A stretch of DNA of 64,000 nt from Octopus vulgaris (lineage: Eukaryota): assembly GCA_951406725.2 (NCBI GenBank), contig OX597832.1, positions 50,096,001 through 50,160,000 of the forward strand, in the 5' to 3' direction. This document shows, piece after piece, positions 11,811-26,326 of the stretch. Under the pieces are notes generated by a model that did no database searches, had not been told where the DNA came from, and was given only the letters and a program-made list of their open reading frames with translations. Position 1 is the first letter of the stretch; each line of letters opens with the position of its first letter. Position numbers and translations under genes: made by a program.

Positions 11811-12120
11811 GTCACCGTCACCGACCAGGCTGTCAGATGTTGCTGCACATCGCTGGTCACAATGAGCTTTGCATTGTTTTAGCCTTCAAATGACGCCACC
11901 CCGCTGGCTAAGTGAGCAGGCCAACAGAAGAAAGAGTGAGAGAAAGTTGCGGCGGATGAGTACAGCAGGGATCGGGATCCCACCACCCCCTGCTGGAAGC
12001 CTCATGGAGCTTTAGGTGTTTTCGCTCAATAAACACCCACAATGCCCGGTCTGGGAATCGAAACCACGATCCTACGACCGCGAGTCTGCTGCCCTAACCA
12101 CTGGGCCATTGCGCCTCCAC
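11811..12120 (-). mobile_element. SINE family C (tRNA-like head GTGGAGGCGCAATGGCCCAGTGGTTAGGGCAGC), alternative tail
   Basis: tRNA cloverleaf-like head with GGTTTCGATTCC; homologous to 25960-26064 and 27790-27898. Confidence 0.8.
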
Positions 12121-12672
12121 ATATATGTATATATGTCACAAAGAACTGGAAACCAGCCCTGTGCTCCTTACGGAGTAATTTGGACTAATCACCCACTTGG
12201 AGAAAGTTGAGAAATTGTTTTCTGGAAGATAGTTATAGTAGAATGGAATTATAGAAATGAAAGGCTGAATAATATACTTTCAGTGTGGTCTTACAGTGAA
12301 ATTGGAACCCTTTTGATATGAACCTGCCTGAGGCTGCCTCTGGTTCTAGGATACAAACTTACTGTTTTCAAGTGATCTAAATAATAATCCTCCATTAAAA
12401 TTTTATGTTAATTTGTTCCAGGTACCAGCTTAATAATGAGGAATTTATTTTACTAAATACTGCTGGGGCCACGTAAATAGCACTCAGCTCACTTTCTGAG
12501 GTGGTTGGTGTTAGGAAGGGCATCCAGCTGTAAAAACCGTGCTAAAACTGACACAGAAGTATGGTACAGTCTTCTGCCTGACCAGCTCCTATCAAATTGT
12601 CCAACCCATGTCAGCATGGAAAGCAGATATTAAATGATGATGATCATGATAATGACTGCATTATTTTAAAAA

Positions 12673-13051
12673 TCTCTCTATATAAAGCTGAAGTTGTCTG
12701 TGTATGGCAGATTTGGTAGCCTTCAACTAATACTATCTCCTCCGAGACCCTGCGGCGCAAGTTGACCAAAATTGAGAATATGATAGAAGAAGGCTTGCTC
12801 TTCCTTCCGTAGAAGAAAAAATTCAAATCAGACCATGTTAACACCAAAAATTATTTACATCAAAAAGGTGCTTTTTTTCTATGGAAATTCTTATTTTTTT
12901 ACTACTGTGTCACCATTTTTCGGTGTATTTCAAGCAGAAAAACGTTCACTTGAAGAGAATAACAAGCTACATAATGCAAAGTTTTTACTTTTTAAAAATT
13001 CCAATTCTAAAGGGTCAAGACAAACCTGAGCAGTGCGGGTGATATTGCTAG
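12673..13051 (+). mobile_element. Non-autonomous Helitron
   Basis: A|TC start, degenerate GC-rich subterminal hairpin CCTGAGCAGTGCGGG, CTAG|T end, no TSD. Confidence 0.75.
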
Positions 13052-15156
13052 TTAATGAAATAAAGGCAATATGTTTCATCAGAAATATACAACAAAAGGG
13101 TTGACAAGAGTCAGGTTGCTACTTGAATTTTGGGAGGGTGTCTTTGAATCCTCAGTTTAGCTTTCTACTGACTGTGACCATCTTCATCAAGTGTTGTGTA
13201 AAATGGAAGTTGGTTGATCTGTGTGTCTGTCGGTCTGTCTGTCTGTCTTCCTCTTTATGTGTTCATTGTTTATTAGTTTTTGAAGGGTGGGTAACCAATG
13301 TACTCTGGGTTTCCTCCCACGAGAAGATCTATTTTGTTGTTTATACTTTTGGGGGCCTAGCTAGGGCCATGTGGGGTAGTTGAGAGAATGCAGAGGGAAC
13401 GAGAGAGAGAGAGAGAGAGAGAGATAGAGAGAGACAGACAGAATGTGGTGTTAGGGGTAGAAAAGTGGAATGGTGTCGAAGGGAAAAGATAGCATAGCAT
13501 CCTTTCACAGCAAAGTGAGGTTTCAAGAAGAGTGATGTGGAGATGGTGATGGTGGTACCATGTTTTATGGAGAGAGAGAGAGCGGGGGAGGGGGAGATAC
13601 TGGGAGTTGTGGTGGCGGGTGTTGGTGGGGTGGGGGTTAGACCGTGAAGACAGGGAGAAGATAGGGTATCATCCACTTAGACAGATTAAGGAAATGGTAG
13701 GAGTCTAAAAAACAAAATGAGGGAGCTTTGAAAGTGAGCTAGCTTGGCTGATGGATTATATATGAACATCACTATAACAGCTGTTTTACATATTTGTGTG
13801 TGTGTGTGTGTGTACGTGTAGACTCTATCTATGTATGTCTTTCTATACTCTATGTGTGTGTGTGTATGTAGTTTCTATTCATATGTATGTCTTCATGTTA
13901 TGTGTGTGTCTGTGTGTGAATGTGTACTTGTAGGTTCTATCTGAATGAATGCGTTAATGGTATGCATCTGTGTGTGTGTGTATAGGTACAAACATTAAAT
14001 TTTTATTCTCTATATCGTCAATAAACCCCTGAAATTATGTGCACACACACACACACACACACATCTATATACACCTACATATAGAGATTTACTCTCTGGT
14101 TTTAGATTTCTAGTGCGTGTGTGTGTATGTATGTATGTGTTTGTAAGTGTTGCACACATACATATATATGTATATTGTGAGAATACGTAAAAAATGTACA
14201 GAAAGGTTTGTATACATAAGCTCACACACACAAATGATACATGCATATGTGTATGTGTGTGTGTATATATATATATAACCATACATACATACATACATAT
14301 ATGCATGTATATATACATGTAGAGGTAGGTACATACATAAATGTATGTATATATGCATATGTTTTATTTATTTATTAATTTATTATATGACAGAACGCAT
14401 GCATCCATTTCTAAGTAAGATTGTTCTACATACATATATATATATATAACCATACATATATGTGTGTATGTGTGTGTGTATATACACACATACATATATA
14501 TGCATATACAAATATATATATACACATATATATATTATATATACACATATGTATATATAGATATACATACATATATATATATATATAATATACACAATAA
14601 CACACATAGGTACATTTGTATATGTATATAGGTATGTGTGTGTGTGTGTGTATGTATATGTATATAGGTGTATGCCTGTATGTATATATGTATGTGTGTT
14701 TGTATGTATGTATATATATATATGTGTGTGCATATACATATGTATGTACTTATGAATGTATTTATACACATACACACGTCATTTTATATTTTCTGTATCT
14801 TTTTTGTACTTGTGTGTATGTATATATATATGTGCTTTCATGCTTTCACAGCTACAAAACATACATACATAAACACACACCAACACACACACACATGCAC
14901 ATATACACAGCCCATATTCACACTGCACACACACACACACACACACAATATAAAGGAGCATTTGTTTTCTAACCTAAATCCATTTCCTAAACTGCAGGAT
15001 GATAGAAAACATGTTATTGGTGTTCTTAAAGACCATCTTAAATACACGAGAATTGGTCTGGCTGTTTTCTTCCAGTGAAAATCAATAGTATATTCTTCAT
15101 ATTCTTCATACTGTACAATATTTATCATCTTCGTGCTCTTTCTGCCTCGGTACAGT

Positions 15157-15482
15157 AGCATCTATTTGTACCAGGCTTCTAAGTAATGTACTAACAGGAA
15201 GATAAGGATAATAGATTTTGACTAAGTCACAAGGCTGATCTTTGATAGGAGAAGTGGTGTTGGGTTTTTACTTGATTAAAACAGCCCCTGTATATGACTG
15301 GTACTTGCTTTGATAATCAGCATCTGTTTGTACCAGGCTTCCAAGCAATGTACTAACAGGAAGATAAGGATAATAGGTTTTGACTAGTCACAAGGCTGAT
15401 CTTTGATAGGAGAAATGGCTGTTGGGTTTTTACTTGATTAAAACAGCCCCTGTATATGACTGGTACTTGCTTGGATAATCAG
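15157..15482. repeat. 162-bp tandem duplication, two copies
   Basis: AGCATCT(A/G)TTTGTACCAGGC starts at 15157 and 15319. Confidence 0.9.
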
Positions 15483-15660
15483 AGGGAGAGAGAGCAGGTG
15501 GCTAAGTTGTTAAAGCATTTGGCAACCAGTTGAATATGGTTAGTCGTTTACATTCTGGTAACAGTAGAGTGTTGGTGTTGGCCAGGATACTTAATTCTCT
15601 GTGGTTAAATCCATCTATAGATCTAAGGCATTGTCATTTAACTTTACAAGGGGTTGCTGA

Positions 15661-16037
15661 AACATAGCCATATTTCGTCTGCTGTTACATTCTGAGTTCA
15701 AATTCCACCGAGGTCGACTTTGCCTTTCATCCTTTCGGGGTCGATTAAATAAGTACCAGTTATGCACTGGGGTCGATATAATCGACTTAATCTGTTTGTC
15801 TGTCCTTGTTTGTCCTCTCTGTGTTTAGCATCCTGTGGATAGTAAAGAAATAGGTATTTCGTCTGCCGTTATGTTCTGAGTTCAAATTCCGCCGAGATCG
15901 ACTTTGCCTATCATCCTTTTGGGGTCGATTAAATAAGTACCAGTTACGCACTGGGGTCAATACAATCGACTTAATCCGTTTGTCTGTCCTTGTTTGTCCT
16001 CTCTGTGTTTAGCCCCCTGTGGGTAGTAAAGAAATTG
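15661..16037 (+). mobile_element. Two tandem 5'-truncated SINE family B copies
   Basis: Repeated family B body. Confidence 0.8.
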
Positions 16038-16057
16038 GTATTGTAGAAGGCCAGGTT

Positions 16058-16219
16058 GGAGGCCCAACCTTCTGAGTTCTTTTACAGGGTTTAGAAAAAC
16101 TGAAGGACTGCTGCAATAAGTCTGTGAATCTGAGAGGGGAACATGTTGAATAAAATCATAATTAACTGATCCTTCGGTATTTTCTTTTACCCAAAGCCAG
16201 GAACTTTTCATGAGCCTTG
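16058..16219 (+). mobile_element. mariner-type transposon relic (transposase C-terminus plus TIR)
   Basis: Translates as AQPSEFF/LQGLEKLKDCCNKSVNLRGEHVE* (frameshifted), resembling mariner C-termini; second copy at 38466-38613. Confidence 0.7.
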
Positions 16220-16494
16220 ATTGAGTAGACCTATATTTAAAGGTGTTCTGGCCATGATTCAGTAGCCGAGGTAGTCGTTAAAGCTTGTATAGTAGCCTTC
16301 TTCATAGACTAATTAATAATAGTTAAAAACAGGTGAACAAACTCAGGTTATATTTCGAGATATTTTCTGGGGATTCTGTCTTTGGGAAAGAAAAAGTTTC
16401 CAAAAAAACGGTCTTTTACTAATTGTGTGTGATTGGGATAGTACACTGAAATCTGGAAGGCTAATTATCTTGTTTTGTTATGTTTCATTTACAG

Positions 16495-16592
16495 CTCGGC
16501 ATTGAGATCCCTTAACAGGCACAGGGAATGGCAGAGTATAAAATTAAGAATATAGTACAGATAATTACCAAACTGGGAATGGTATCCTGCCA
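16495..16592 (+). other. Candidate exon of the unidentified host gene (probably 5'UTR or start exon)
   Basis: GCTAAT branch, TTTCATTTACAG acceptor, CCA|GTATGT donor; stops in all frames read from the acceptor. Confidence 0.3.
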
Positions 16593-16752
16593 GTATGTGT
16601 TTGTCATGAAGAAGCAGTTTGGTTTTGATCTAGTTTTCAAGTATAATATTCTACAGTGACTTACATATTTATTTGCTCTTAATATATTGTAGCAGATTCG
16701 AACGTGAATATGAAAATTGCTCATGTGTTTCATCATAGAACAACTCCTTTAA

Positions 16753-16972
16753 CCCTTTCATTACCAGCCCGGCTGAAACTGGCTCTGGCTCTGAGTACTA
16801 ATGTCTTGTTTTCATAAGTTCTGAATTAAAATCTTCCACCAAACTTTAGTCACAATTTATGTTCCTAACACCAGCTTAATGATAACCAAGTTATTTTACT
16901 AAATTCTTTGTTATATTTAAAGTAATTGAAAGAAACACAGAACATCTCAAAATAAATACAGTAATGACAGGG
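16753..16972. mobile_element. piggyBac-like MITE
   Basis: TTAA|CCCTTTCATTAC ... GTAATGACAGGG|TTAA. Confidence 0.8.
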
Positions 16973-18272
16973 TTAAGATGAATGGGTATTCATGAGTGTA
17001 AAAGGACTCTGGAACATCTGGTGTTTCAACATTATTGTGTCACCTCAGTCAAAGGTATCCTAGACTAATGAATCTAATGAGTTTGTGGATCTTGTTTATA
17101 CTTTGAGCAAACTTTTAGTTATGGATGTAGAGCTACTGCTTGCTATTCAAGAAACTAATATGAATTTAGATATATATCTACTTGTGTTGATAACCTTTAT
17201 TTACACAAACAATTTCAATTATGTTACTGCATCAAGATTGATCATTATCAAAGATTGTATTCTATTGCTTAATATAAATCTGTCAAAGGAGGAGGGGATT
17301 TGACCCTTTACTTTTTCAGACTGGTAACCTTCCAGAGTGGCGGGATTGTTGTATTAAATGTTCTATTTGCACCATGTGCTTACAATCAGCTCAATAAATA
17401 TGATAAATATGTCTGGACTACAAGCGGGGATTCCAGCAATAATTACTCCATCATCATAATTTCGGAGCATATTTTAATAAACGTCAGATCATCCAGACAG
17501 TTTGGTGCAATTTTTGAGGGAGACTTGCTTTGCTGTTTCTTTCTAGCACACAAAATGGTCTCCTGTTTGGTTTGTGAAGAACTAAGCGGTTATTATTATT
17601 TGTGCATCAATCATCATAGTTTTCTTATCATAACGTATTTATTCTATGTTCAGAAAGAGATTGTTGCCGAACACTAATCCTAGCTCAGTTTGTCCACAAG
17701 TTAACAGCATACAACAGACTCCCACTGTAAATACGATAAGTTGTAATGATGATGGCGGTGGTGATGGTGATGGTGGTGGTGGTGGTGGTGGTGAGGAACA
17801 ACAGCCACAGGAGAAAAATGCTATCAGACAAATATAAATAATGTTAGGCTATATTGTTTTAATTCACAGCCAGTAGACGCAAAGTCAGCTTCTAGTCAAA
17901 AGCAGGCATTATTTTCTGAAACCTCTTCCAAGTGAAGAGTTCCTTTATTGACTCTGCTGCTTTTCATTAAGCAATTTTCGCACTTGTAATCTGTTTACCA
18001 ATGAATGTCCATACTGCTACTTTCACCTCCCGCACCACCACCACCGCCATCCCCACCACTGACTTCGTAGCCGCTACCACCACTACCTACTTCACTGCTA
18101 CAACTACTACCATTTTCCACTCTACATCACTCTATTCTTTTCGCTCTTTTTAAGAGTTGCTGAAGCATTCAATAATTGATCTTGGATCAATGAAGACTTC
18201 TCTGTGTGTCTGCTGGACTGATGTAGAGTCTTGAATTCCCTTTACTCAACATTAAAAAAAAAAAACTTTGTA

Positions 18273-18325
<53 letters not shown>

Positions 18326-18407
18326 ATGTATATATACGCCTACAACTTAAACATTTAATATTATAAATGCAATAATGTAGACATATATATATATAGTTGG
18401 AATTTAC

Positions 18408-18457
<50 letters not shown>

Positions 18458-18602
18458 GTATATATTTGTGTGTATATGTATATATATGTATATATAGGTG
18501 TGTATATGTATATATATGTATATGTATTTATATATCTATATATATGTATATCTATATGTATATGTATGTATGTATATATATATATATATGTATGTATGTA
18601 TG

Positions 18603-18647
<45 letters not shown>

Positions 18648-19796
18648 AGAGAGAGAGAGAGAGAGAGAGTGTTATATGTACTACATTGTAAACGCACAAG
18701 TGTATGTTATATACAAACACAAAATTCTCATATTTTAAATTATCACACATTTTGTTATGTGCATGCATACATTATATATTATAAAATATAGGCACATGCT
18801 TACAAATTTTATGTGTAACTGTGAGTGTGTATAACAAATGCATGCATTATATATAATAAACACACATTAAACTAAGAATGTGTACAAATGCATCTTTTGT
18901 CACATACATAAAAGCATTATAACTATCATAATAGATATATGCTATACCATAAATGCATATAGCTTTTCTTGCTGATATTAACTGCAAATTATTTTTTTTC
19001 CAGGCTGGGCATTAGCCACATGAATCTTGGGAGGCCCTCAAGAGTCAAAGAGGCACTGTTTTGCCTCTTTCAAACTAACTTCTTAACAAAGATGAAAAAA
19101 AAGAAAAAAATTTTTAAACAAAAACATCTCTTATAATGGCTGAGATTCTCTGGCACTGAATTAAATTCTTTACTTTCTTATCTGAATTAAATTCTTGCCA
19201 GCTTTTTACAAGTTCACCTTTCATCCCATCTGATCAATAAAACATGACCCAGTGATTTACTGTAGTTCTGATGACTAAGAATTCTCCTTCCATACAAAAT
19301 CTTACCTTGTGTTTTGTCATATATATATATATGTATACATACATTGCATACATACATACATACCTATAATGTGTATGTGTTTTAAATATACATGGAATAT
19401 ATTTCATGTTATAAATACACCCATACATGCATGTGTATACGTGTTTGTTTTATCATAATTTATCTGTGTATTTCCATGTACACACACATTTCCATGGCTT
19501 TATCTTTTTATGTTGAAACGAATACGCATAACGATATTAATTGAGTATGTCAGAAGCTTCACAGCTTTTCTGCTGAGTTGAATGGGATTGAAAAAGTCTG
19601 TTTATTAAACCATCGTGAAAAGTGTGACAGTTAAAGCTTGTTATTTTTGGTTATTTGTGTTTTTTTTTTGTTTTCTTTTGTTTATTTTAAATGGCATTCT
19701 GGATTTTTAATATTGCATGCTGTATTGACATATGAATATGTTTTATGAGTAAATAAGCAGATACATGTTGTTTTTGTATATCAGTTTTTGTATATA

Positions 19797-20209
19797 GGCG
19801 CAGGAGTGGCTGTGTGGTAAGTAGCTTGCTAACCAACCACATGGTTCCGGGTTCAGTCCCACTGCATGGCATCTTGGGCAAGTGTCTTCTGCTATAGCCC
19901 CGGGCCGACCAATGCCTTGTGAGTGGATTTGGTAGACAGAAACTGAAAGAAGCCTGTCGTATATATATATATATATATATATATGCGTGTGTGTGTGTTT
20001 GTGTGTCTGTGTTTGTCCCCCAAACATCGCTTGACAACCGATGGTGGTGTGTTTACGTCCCCGTTACTTAGCGGTTTGGCAAAAAGAGACCGATAGAATA
20101 AGTACTGGGCTTACAAAAGAATAAGTTCCGGGGTCGAGTTGCTCGATTAAAGGCGGTGCTCCAGCATGTCCGCAGTCAAATGACTGAAACAAGTAAAAGT
20201 GTAAAGAGT
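19797..20209 (+). mobile_element. SINE family A, full length
   Basis: As 11084-11482. Confidence 0.9.
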
Positions 20210-20905
20210 GTACAATTCTTGAATGCATGGGTATAGTTGGTGTGTGTATACATGTATGTGTGAATGTATGATTTTGATTTTGATTTTTCCAGTTTCAGCT
20301 AATGAGCTGTGGCCATGCTGGGGCACCGCCATTAGATGCATGTATGCATGTATTTTTTTTGTGTGAGTGTCATTAAAACTTCATATGTAAATATGTAGAT
20401 GAATAAGGCTTATTCGTATTAAGGTAACATGCAACATAGACAAGTAGTGTGTGTGTGTGTATGTGTGTGTGTTGAGAGAGGGGGAGAAGAGTAGGTGTAA
20501 ATTAAACTGAAGGAAATAAGGTACAGAGTGAATATCGGTTTATCAGAATTACTCTTCAAGGAAATCTTAGAGCAAATGTTTTTGAAAGGTTCTCAAAGCC
20601 TTTCATAACCCACAGCCCACCCATATCAACTCTGACGGGGAGTAAAAGCGGGGAGGTTTGATATGCCACCAGCGTGTATATGTGTGTGTGGCTATATTTT
20701 TATATGTAAATGTATTACAGAATTTGAATGTGTGTGTGTGTGTGTGTGTGTGGAGTGTTTGTATAATTTCAAGAGAAGGCTGTTTGCTTTGCATGAATAT
20801 GCTTGGTGAATTAGACATATGTGGACATGTAGCGTATGCATGTTTCTGAATGTTATATTTTTGGAATATGTGTGTGTGTGTGTGTGTGTGTTTTATATAT
20901 ATTTT

Positions 20906-21105
20906 TTTACTTGTTTCAGTCATTTGACTGTGGCCATGCTGGAGCACCGCCTTTTAGTCTAGCAAATCGACCTCGGGACTTATTCTTTTTGTAAGCCCAG
21001 TACTTATTCTATCGGTCTCTTTTGCCGAACTGCTAAGTAACGGGGACATAAACACACCAGCATCGGTTGTCAAGCGATGTTGGGGTGACAAACACAGACA
21101 CACAA

Positions 21106-21142
<37 letters not shown>

Positions 21143-21305
21143 CGACAGGCTTCTTTCAGTTTCCATCTACCAAATCCACTCACAAGGCTTTGGTAGGCCC
21201 GAGGCTATAGTAGAAGACACTTTCCCAAGGTTCCACGCAGTGGGACTGAACCCGGAACCGTGTGGTTGGTAAGCAAGCTACTTACCACACAGCCACTCCT
21301 GCGCC
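20906..21305 (-). mobile_element. SINE family A, full length
   Basis: Reverse complement of family A. Confidence 0.9.
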
Positions 21306-22363
21306 TGTGTATGTGTAGTATTTGCATTTTGTGTGTGAAAATATGTACATGTGCATGAAAATATGTACATTTGTTTAGATATTTGCTCATGTACGCGTTT
21401 TTCTTTGTAGATGGGTGATGCGTGTATGTCTGTGTATATATATGTATTTCAGAACTTGTGTGTGTGTCCCTGCATGTATGTGTAGTATTTGCATTTTGTG
21501 TGTGTGTGTATGCATGAATGTATGTACATTTGTTAGGACATATGCTCATATATAGGTGTGTGTGTGTATGTGTATTTACATGTGTTCATGTGGGATGAAG
21601 ATTGTTCATCCATGTTTATACAGCGGGGTGTGTGTCTCTGTGCACATGCATATCTTTGTAGAGGGTGTTTATATTACTGCTTGCATTTTTCACTAGAGAA
21701 GAAGTACATGTGTATACATGCGGGTATATACATTTGTGCATGTGCATATATTTGCATTTTTATGCTCGTAACATACACATGCATGCATGCATGCATAGGA
21801 AGCTGCATGCATGTATGTTTGTTTGCATGTAAATGTGTCTGGAGTTGGGGGTGGAGGTGGTGGCATATATGCATGAGAGAGAGAATGTGTGTGTGCGTGT
21901 GTGTGCATGTATATGTGTGTGTGTGTGTGCACATGCATGCATGTATTTAATTGTAGGCTTGCATGTTTATATGAGTGCGTGTGCAGTGTCTAAGCATGTG
22001 TGTGTGTGTGTGGGACAAATTGTCTAAATAGTTATTATCAAGAAATGAATGAAAGCTAAAGAATAGGCAGATTATTATAATTATATTTACAGAAAAAGAA
22101 AAAAAAAAGAAGAGGGGGTGGGGGTTAGGTGGAGGGATGGAAACAACAACAACAACAAAGGCGAAAAAGCCAAGTATTTTGGTGGGGGTGGTGAGGGTGG
22201 AGGTGGAGGTGCAAGGGAGAGGAAACCGAATGTGTGAAATACTTATGATGTGTGGAGAAGTGGACTAGAAGTGGTGGTGGTGGTGGGGTGTTCATGGGAA
22301 ATTTCTGCTGATTGATTATAGAGGTGGGTGGGAGCTTAAGGAAAATTATCAAAACAATAAAAT

Positions 22364-22441
<78 letters not shown>

Positions 22442-23584
22442 GATAGAGATAGAGAGAGAGAGACATGCATGTATGTATATATGTGTGTGTGTGTGTGTAT
22501 ATATATATACATATATATACACACACACACACGTGTATGTGTACATGTGTGTGTATGCATGTGTGTGTGTGTGTGTGTGTATATATATACACACACACAC
22601 AATTGTATATACTCACATGTGTATATATACACATACACAGACATATTTGTACATATAGACACCCCCACACACATATAAGACAGTCAGACGAAAATTGGCC
22701 CCTCCCTCTCTTGGCCTTAATTTACTCTACCCCAAAATAATAAATAAAATATAAGTAGTGTGGATGAGGGCACATAATAGCGAAAAAAAAATAACCCCAA
22801 AAATTTATTTCCCTCCCCTCCTCCCCGAAAAAAACTCCGAGATCTCTGCAAAATGTGTTAAGATATTTTTGCTAAAGGTGTTATATGCCATAACGTGGCG
22901 AATATAATTGATGGGTAGAAAAAAAAAAACCCAAAAAACTACACAAATAAATAGCAAAAAAAAACCACCCTAAAAAGCAAACAAATAAAAATAACTTAAA
23001 AAGATTCTTTTGTCACAGAGATGAAGAGAGCGAGAGAGAGACGGGGGAGGATGGAGATGGAGGAGTATGAGGAGAAAATTGGGAGGCGGGGGTGGGATGG
23101 GAGGGGAAGTAGAATGAATAAAACTAAGATAAAAGAATTAACGGAATAAATATGAATCGAAGCAAAAATAAATGAGTAAATAGTAGAAAATTGACGAGGA
23201 ATTAGTGGAAAGAAAACAAATAAATAATGGAAGTTTAAAAAACGAAAAGGAAGAAATTCAAACACATTTTTCTAAGTGAAACGGAATATGTCAAAAACAA
23301 AACAGAATTGAAAAGAAAAGTGAGAAAAAAAAAAAAAAAACTGAAAGAAAGATGGAATTTAGCAACAATGAAGATCTCTATCTTTCTGTTTGTCCATCCG
23401 TCTGTCTGTGTGTCTGTTTGCCTGTCTCTCAGTTTCCAAGTGTGCTCCTGCCTGTAAAACGTGAAAGACTTGAGCCAGTATTGTTCTGGTGGGATGCTCT
23501 TCCTGTTGCCAACCAAGTACCTGTCTGATGTAAAGCAGCGTAGAAAAAGAATGGATGTAAAACAAATGAATGATATACATAATG

Positions 23585-23955
23585 AGTGGCTGTTTGGTAA
23601 GTAGCTTGCTAACCAACCACATGGTTCCGGGTTCAGTCACACTGCGTGGCATCTTGGGCAAGTGTCTTCTGCTATAACCTTTGGGCCGACCAATGCCTTG
23701 TGAGTGAATTTGGTAGACGGAAACTGAAAGAAGCCTGTCGTATATATGTATATATATATATATGCGTGTGTGTGTCTATGTTTGTCCCCTAGCATTGCTT
23801 GACAACCGATGCTGGTGTGTTTACATCCCTATCACTTTTCGGAGTCGATAAATAAAGTACTAGTTACGCACTGGGGTCGATGTAATCGACTTAATCCTTT
23901 TGTCTGTCCTTGTTTGTCCCCTCTATGTTTAGCCCCTTGCGGGCAGTAAAGAAAC
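23585..23955 (+). mobile_element. SINE A 5' part joined to SINE B 3' part
   Basis: Family switch at ~23838. Confidence 0.7.
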
Positions 23956-24758
23956 ATATATATACACACGGTGGGCTTCCTTCAGTTTCCATCTACCTAA
24001 TCCACTCACATGACTTTGGTTGGCCTAAGGCTATAGTAGAAGACACTTGCTCAAGGTGTGCACTGTGCAAGTTTGCAAAACGAACTTCTTAACTACGCAT
24101 CTATGCTTGCACCCATCGTTTCTGTCCAGCTTTTGGCCAGGAGACAAAAGTTATCAGGAAAATTTTATTCCACCGCCATACTTCACTGCTCTTTTTTTCT
24201 ATTGGTCACCACTGAATACAGTGGCTGTGCAAAGAAAATTCTACAAAGGAAAATTCAAGCAGAATCGATTCAATCATTACTCGAGGCATCATGCTACAGT
24301 AGTCTTTCACTTTAGATTTGCGGCTGAATAGATCTGTCCGAATTATAAAGGATTAATATTTCTCTGGCAATCATAACTTCAATTCACTCAGGATTGACTA
24401 TAGTCTGCAGTCCAAACTGTTCGCAATAAGTAAGGAAAGTTTTTTTATATTTTTATTTTTTTTTATTTTTACCACTTGCAGTCAACCAACAAAACCAACT
24501 TAACCAATCTTACTTTCACTTTCTGTTTGCTTGTTTTTTTGTTTTTGTTTTCTGTTTTTGTTGTTGTTTTTATTTTGTTTTTGTTTTCTTACTAGCTAAC
24601 TGTTGTTGTCAGCAATACTTCGGTGGATGTCTTGGCGATTGATGTGCATCGATGTGAATTTACATTAACACGCACCTAGTGTCTTGACACACACTCACAA
24701 GTGCACATACACACACACAGTCACACTGTGACACATACATGCTCACACACATAATCTC

Positions 24759-24795
<37 letters not shown>

Positions 24796-24966
24796 CCCCA
24801 CTCTCTCTCTCTCTCACTCTCTCTTATACACGTAGATTTGTATGTGACTGAATTTGTGTACATGCAAATATTCAACTTTTTCTTACACATAAATACACAC
24901 TGTTTCTTTGCCTCTCTCTGTCACATGTATGTACATTTGTATGTGAATGAGTTTGTGCATATGCAT

Positions 24967-25000
<34 letters not shown>

Positions 25001-25171
25001 ACACGTTATCATCACCATCACAAGTTGTCTGAAAATTGGGTCTTTTTCGATACTAGTTTCAAATCCCTGTTGGAACTGTTCCACTTTAGTTCAGATTTTG
25101 TGGGTTAGGGAAAAGCATGAACAACACTACATTAAAACCAAAAAAAAAAAAAAAAATTAATATGAACAGAA

Positions 25172-25223
<52 letters not shown>

Positions 25224-25767
25224 GGTGGTTGGCTCAGTGGTTAGAGCGTCAGGCTCGCAATCATGAGGTGGTGAGTTCAATTCCTAGGTCCAGGCTGTGT
25301 GTCATGTCCGGGCCTTTAAAGTGGTGATACTCACAATGGAATATTGCCCTGAGTGAGACTCACATTAGAGTATTGCTTTTCATATTCTGGGAGGATGTTG
25401 CTGCCGTTATGCAAACCGACATCTTGGGCCACATCCAGAGCAGGGCCTCTTGACTGATCGACATTAAATCACTAACAGGAACACTCCAGTCCTTGGCCCA
25501 CAAGTCTGCTGCCTTGTCTGTGTATCGCTTCCTTTACTTCTCTATGATGATTGTTGTTCCTTGGAGCTGGCAGATCCCCAACTTGCTTCTACTCATCCTT
25601 GTTATGTTCACCCTCTTCTGGTCCTGCATTGACCACTATACATACTCAATCCTTCCTCCACAGAACCCTATCCCAGTGGAATCCTCTCCATGCTCATGTT
25701 TTTTTTTCCTGCAGGTGTTGACCTGGAACAATTTGAACAAATCATAACAACATCGAAGCTCACTCAC

Positions 25768-26064
25768 CTTAGCCTTTTCAAGCCTAGCCAGGCTCATGGG
25801 CCCGGTTTCTGAGGGGTATGTGTTCCCCCCAGCTGGATGGGACGCCAGTCCATCGCAGTGTTACTCAAGAAACATGAAGAGAGAGTGAGAGAAAGTTGTG
25901 GCGAAAGAGTACAACAGGGGTCCCCACCACCCCCTACCAGAGCCTTGCACAGCTTTTAGGTGTTTTTGCTCAATAAACACACACAACGCCCGGTCTGGGA
26001 ATTGAAACCACAATCCTCCAACCGCGAGTCCGCTGCCCTAACCACTGGGCCATTGTGCCTCCAC
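25768..26064 (-). mobile_element. SINE family C
   Basis: tRNA-like head plus CTGCGATGGACTGGCGTCCCATCCAG domain. Confidence 0.8.
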
Positions 26065-26326
26065 GGAAAAAGAATACCAATTGTTATTCATCAAGAGGAT
26101 AAACTGCCATTTTTAAATAACGAGAAGCAACACCAGTTTACACTGATAAACATGAACACATATACAGGTACATATAGATTCCATGTTCCAGATTTCACAG
26201 ATGAATCATCAACTAGCTTGATGCTATAGTAGCAAACAATTACCCATGGTGTTGTGCTGTAGGATTGAACTTATAACCATACAGCCATGCCTGGTGCATT
26301 TGAAATTGCTTCATATGTTTACTTAC

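Noticed and set aside
12040-12120. tRNA-like cloverleaf (also at 25990-26064 and 27820-27898)
   Set aside because: These are SINE C heads continuing into SINE bodies, without an intact acceptor stem
17103-17124. miR-87-like sequence TTGAGCAAACTTTTAGTTATGG
   Set aside because: Only ~12 imperfect pairs form with the upstream arm and the 5' end of the putative mature sequence is unpaired
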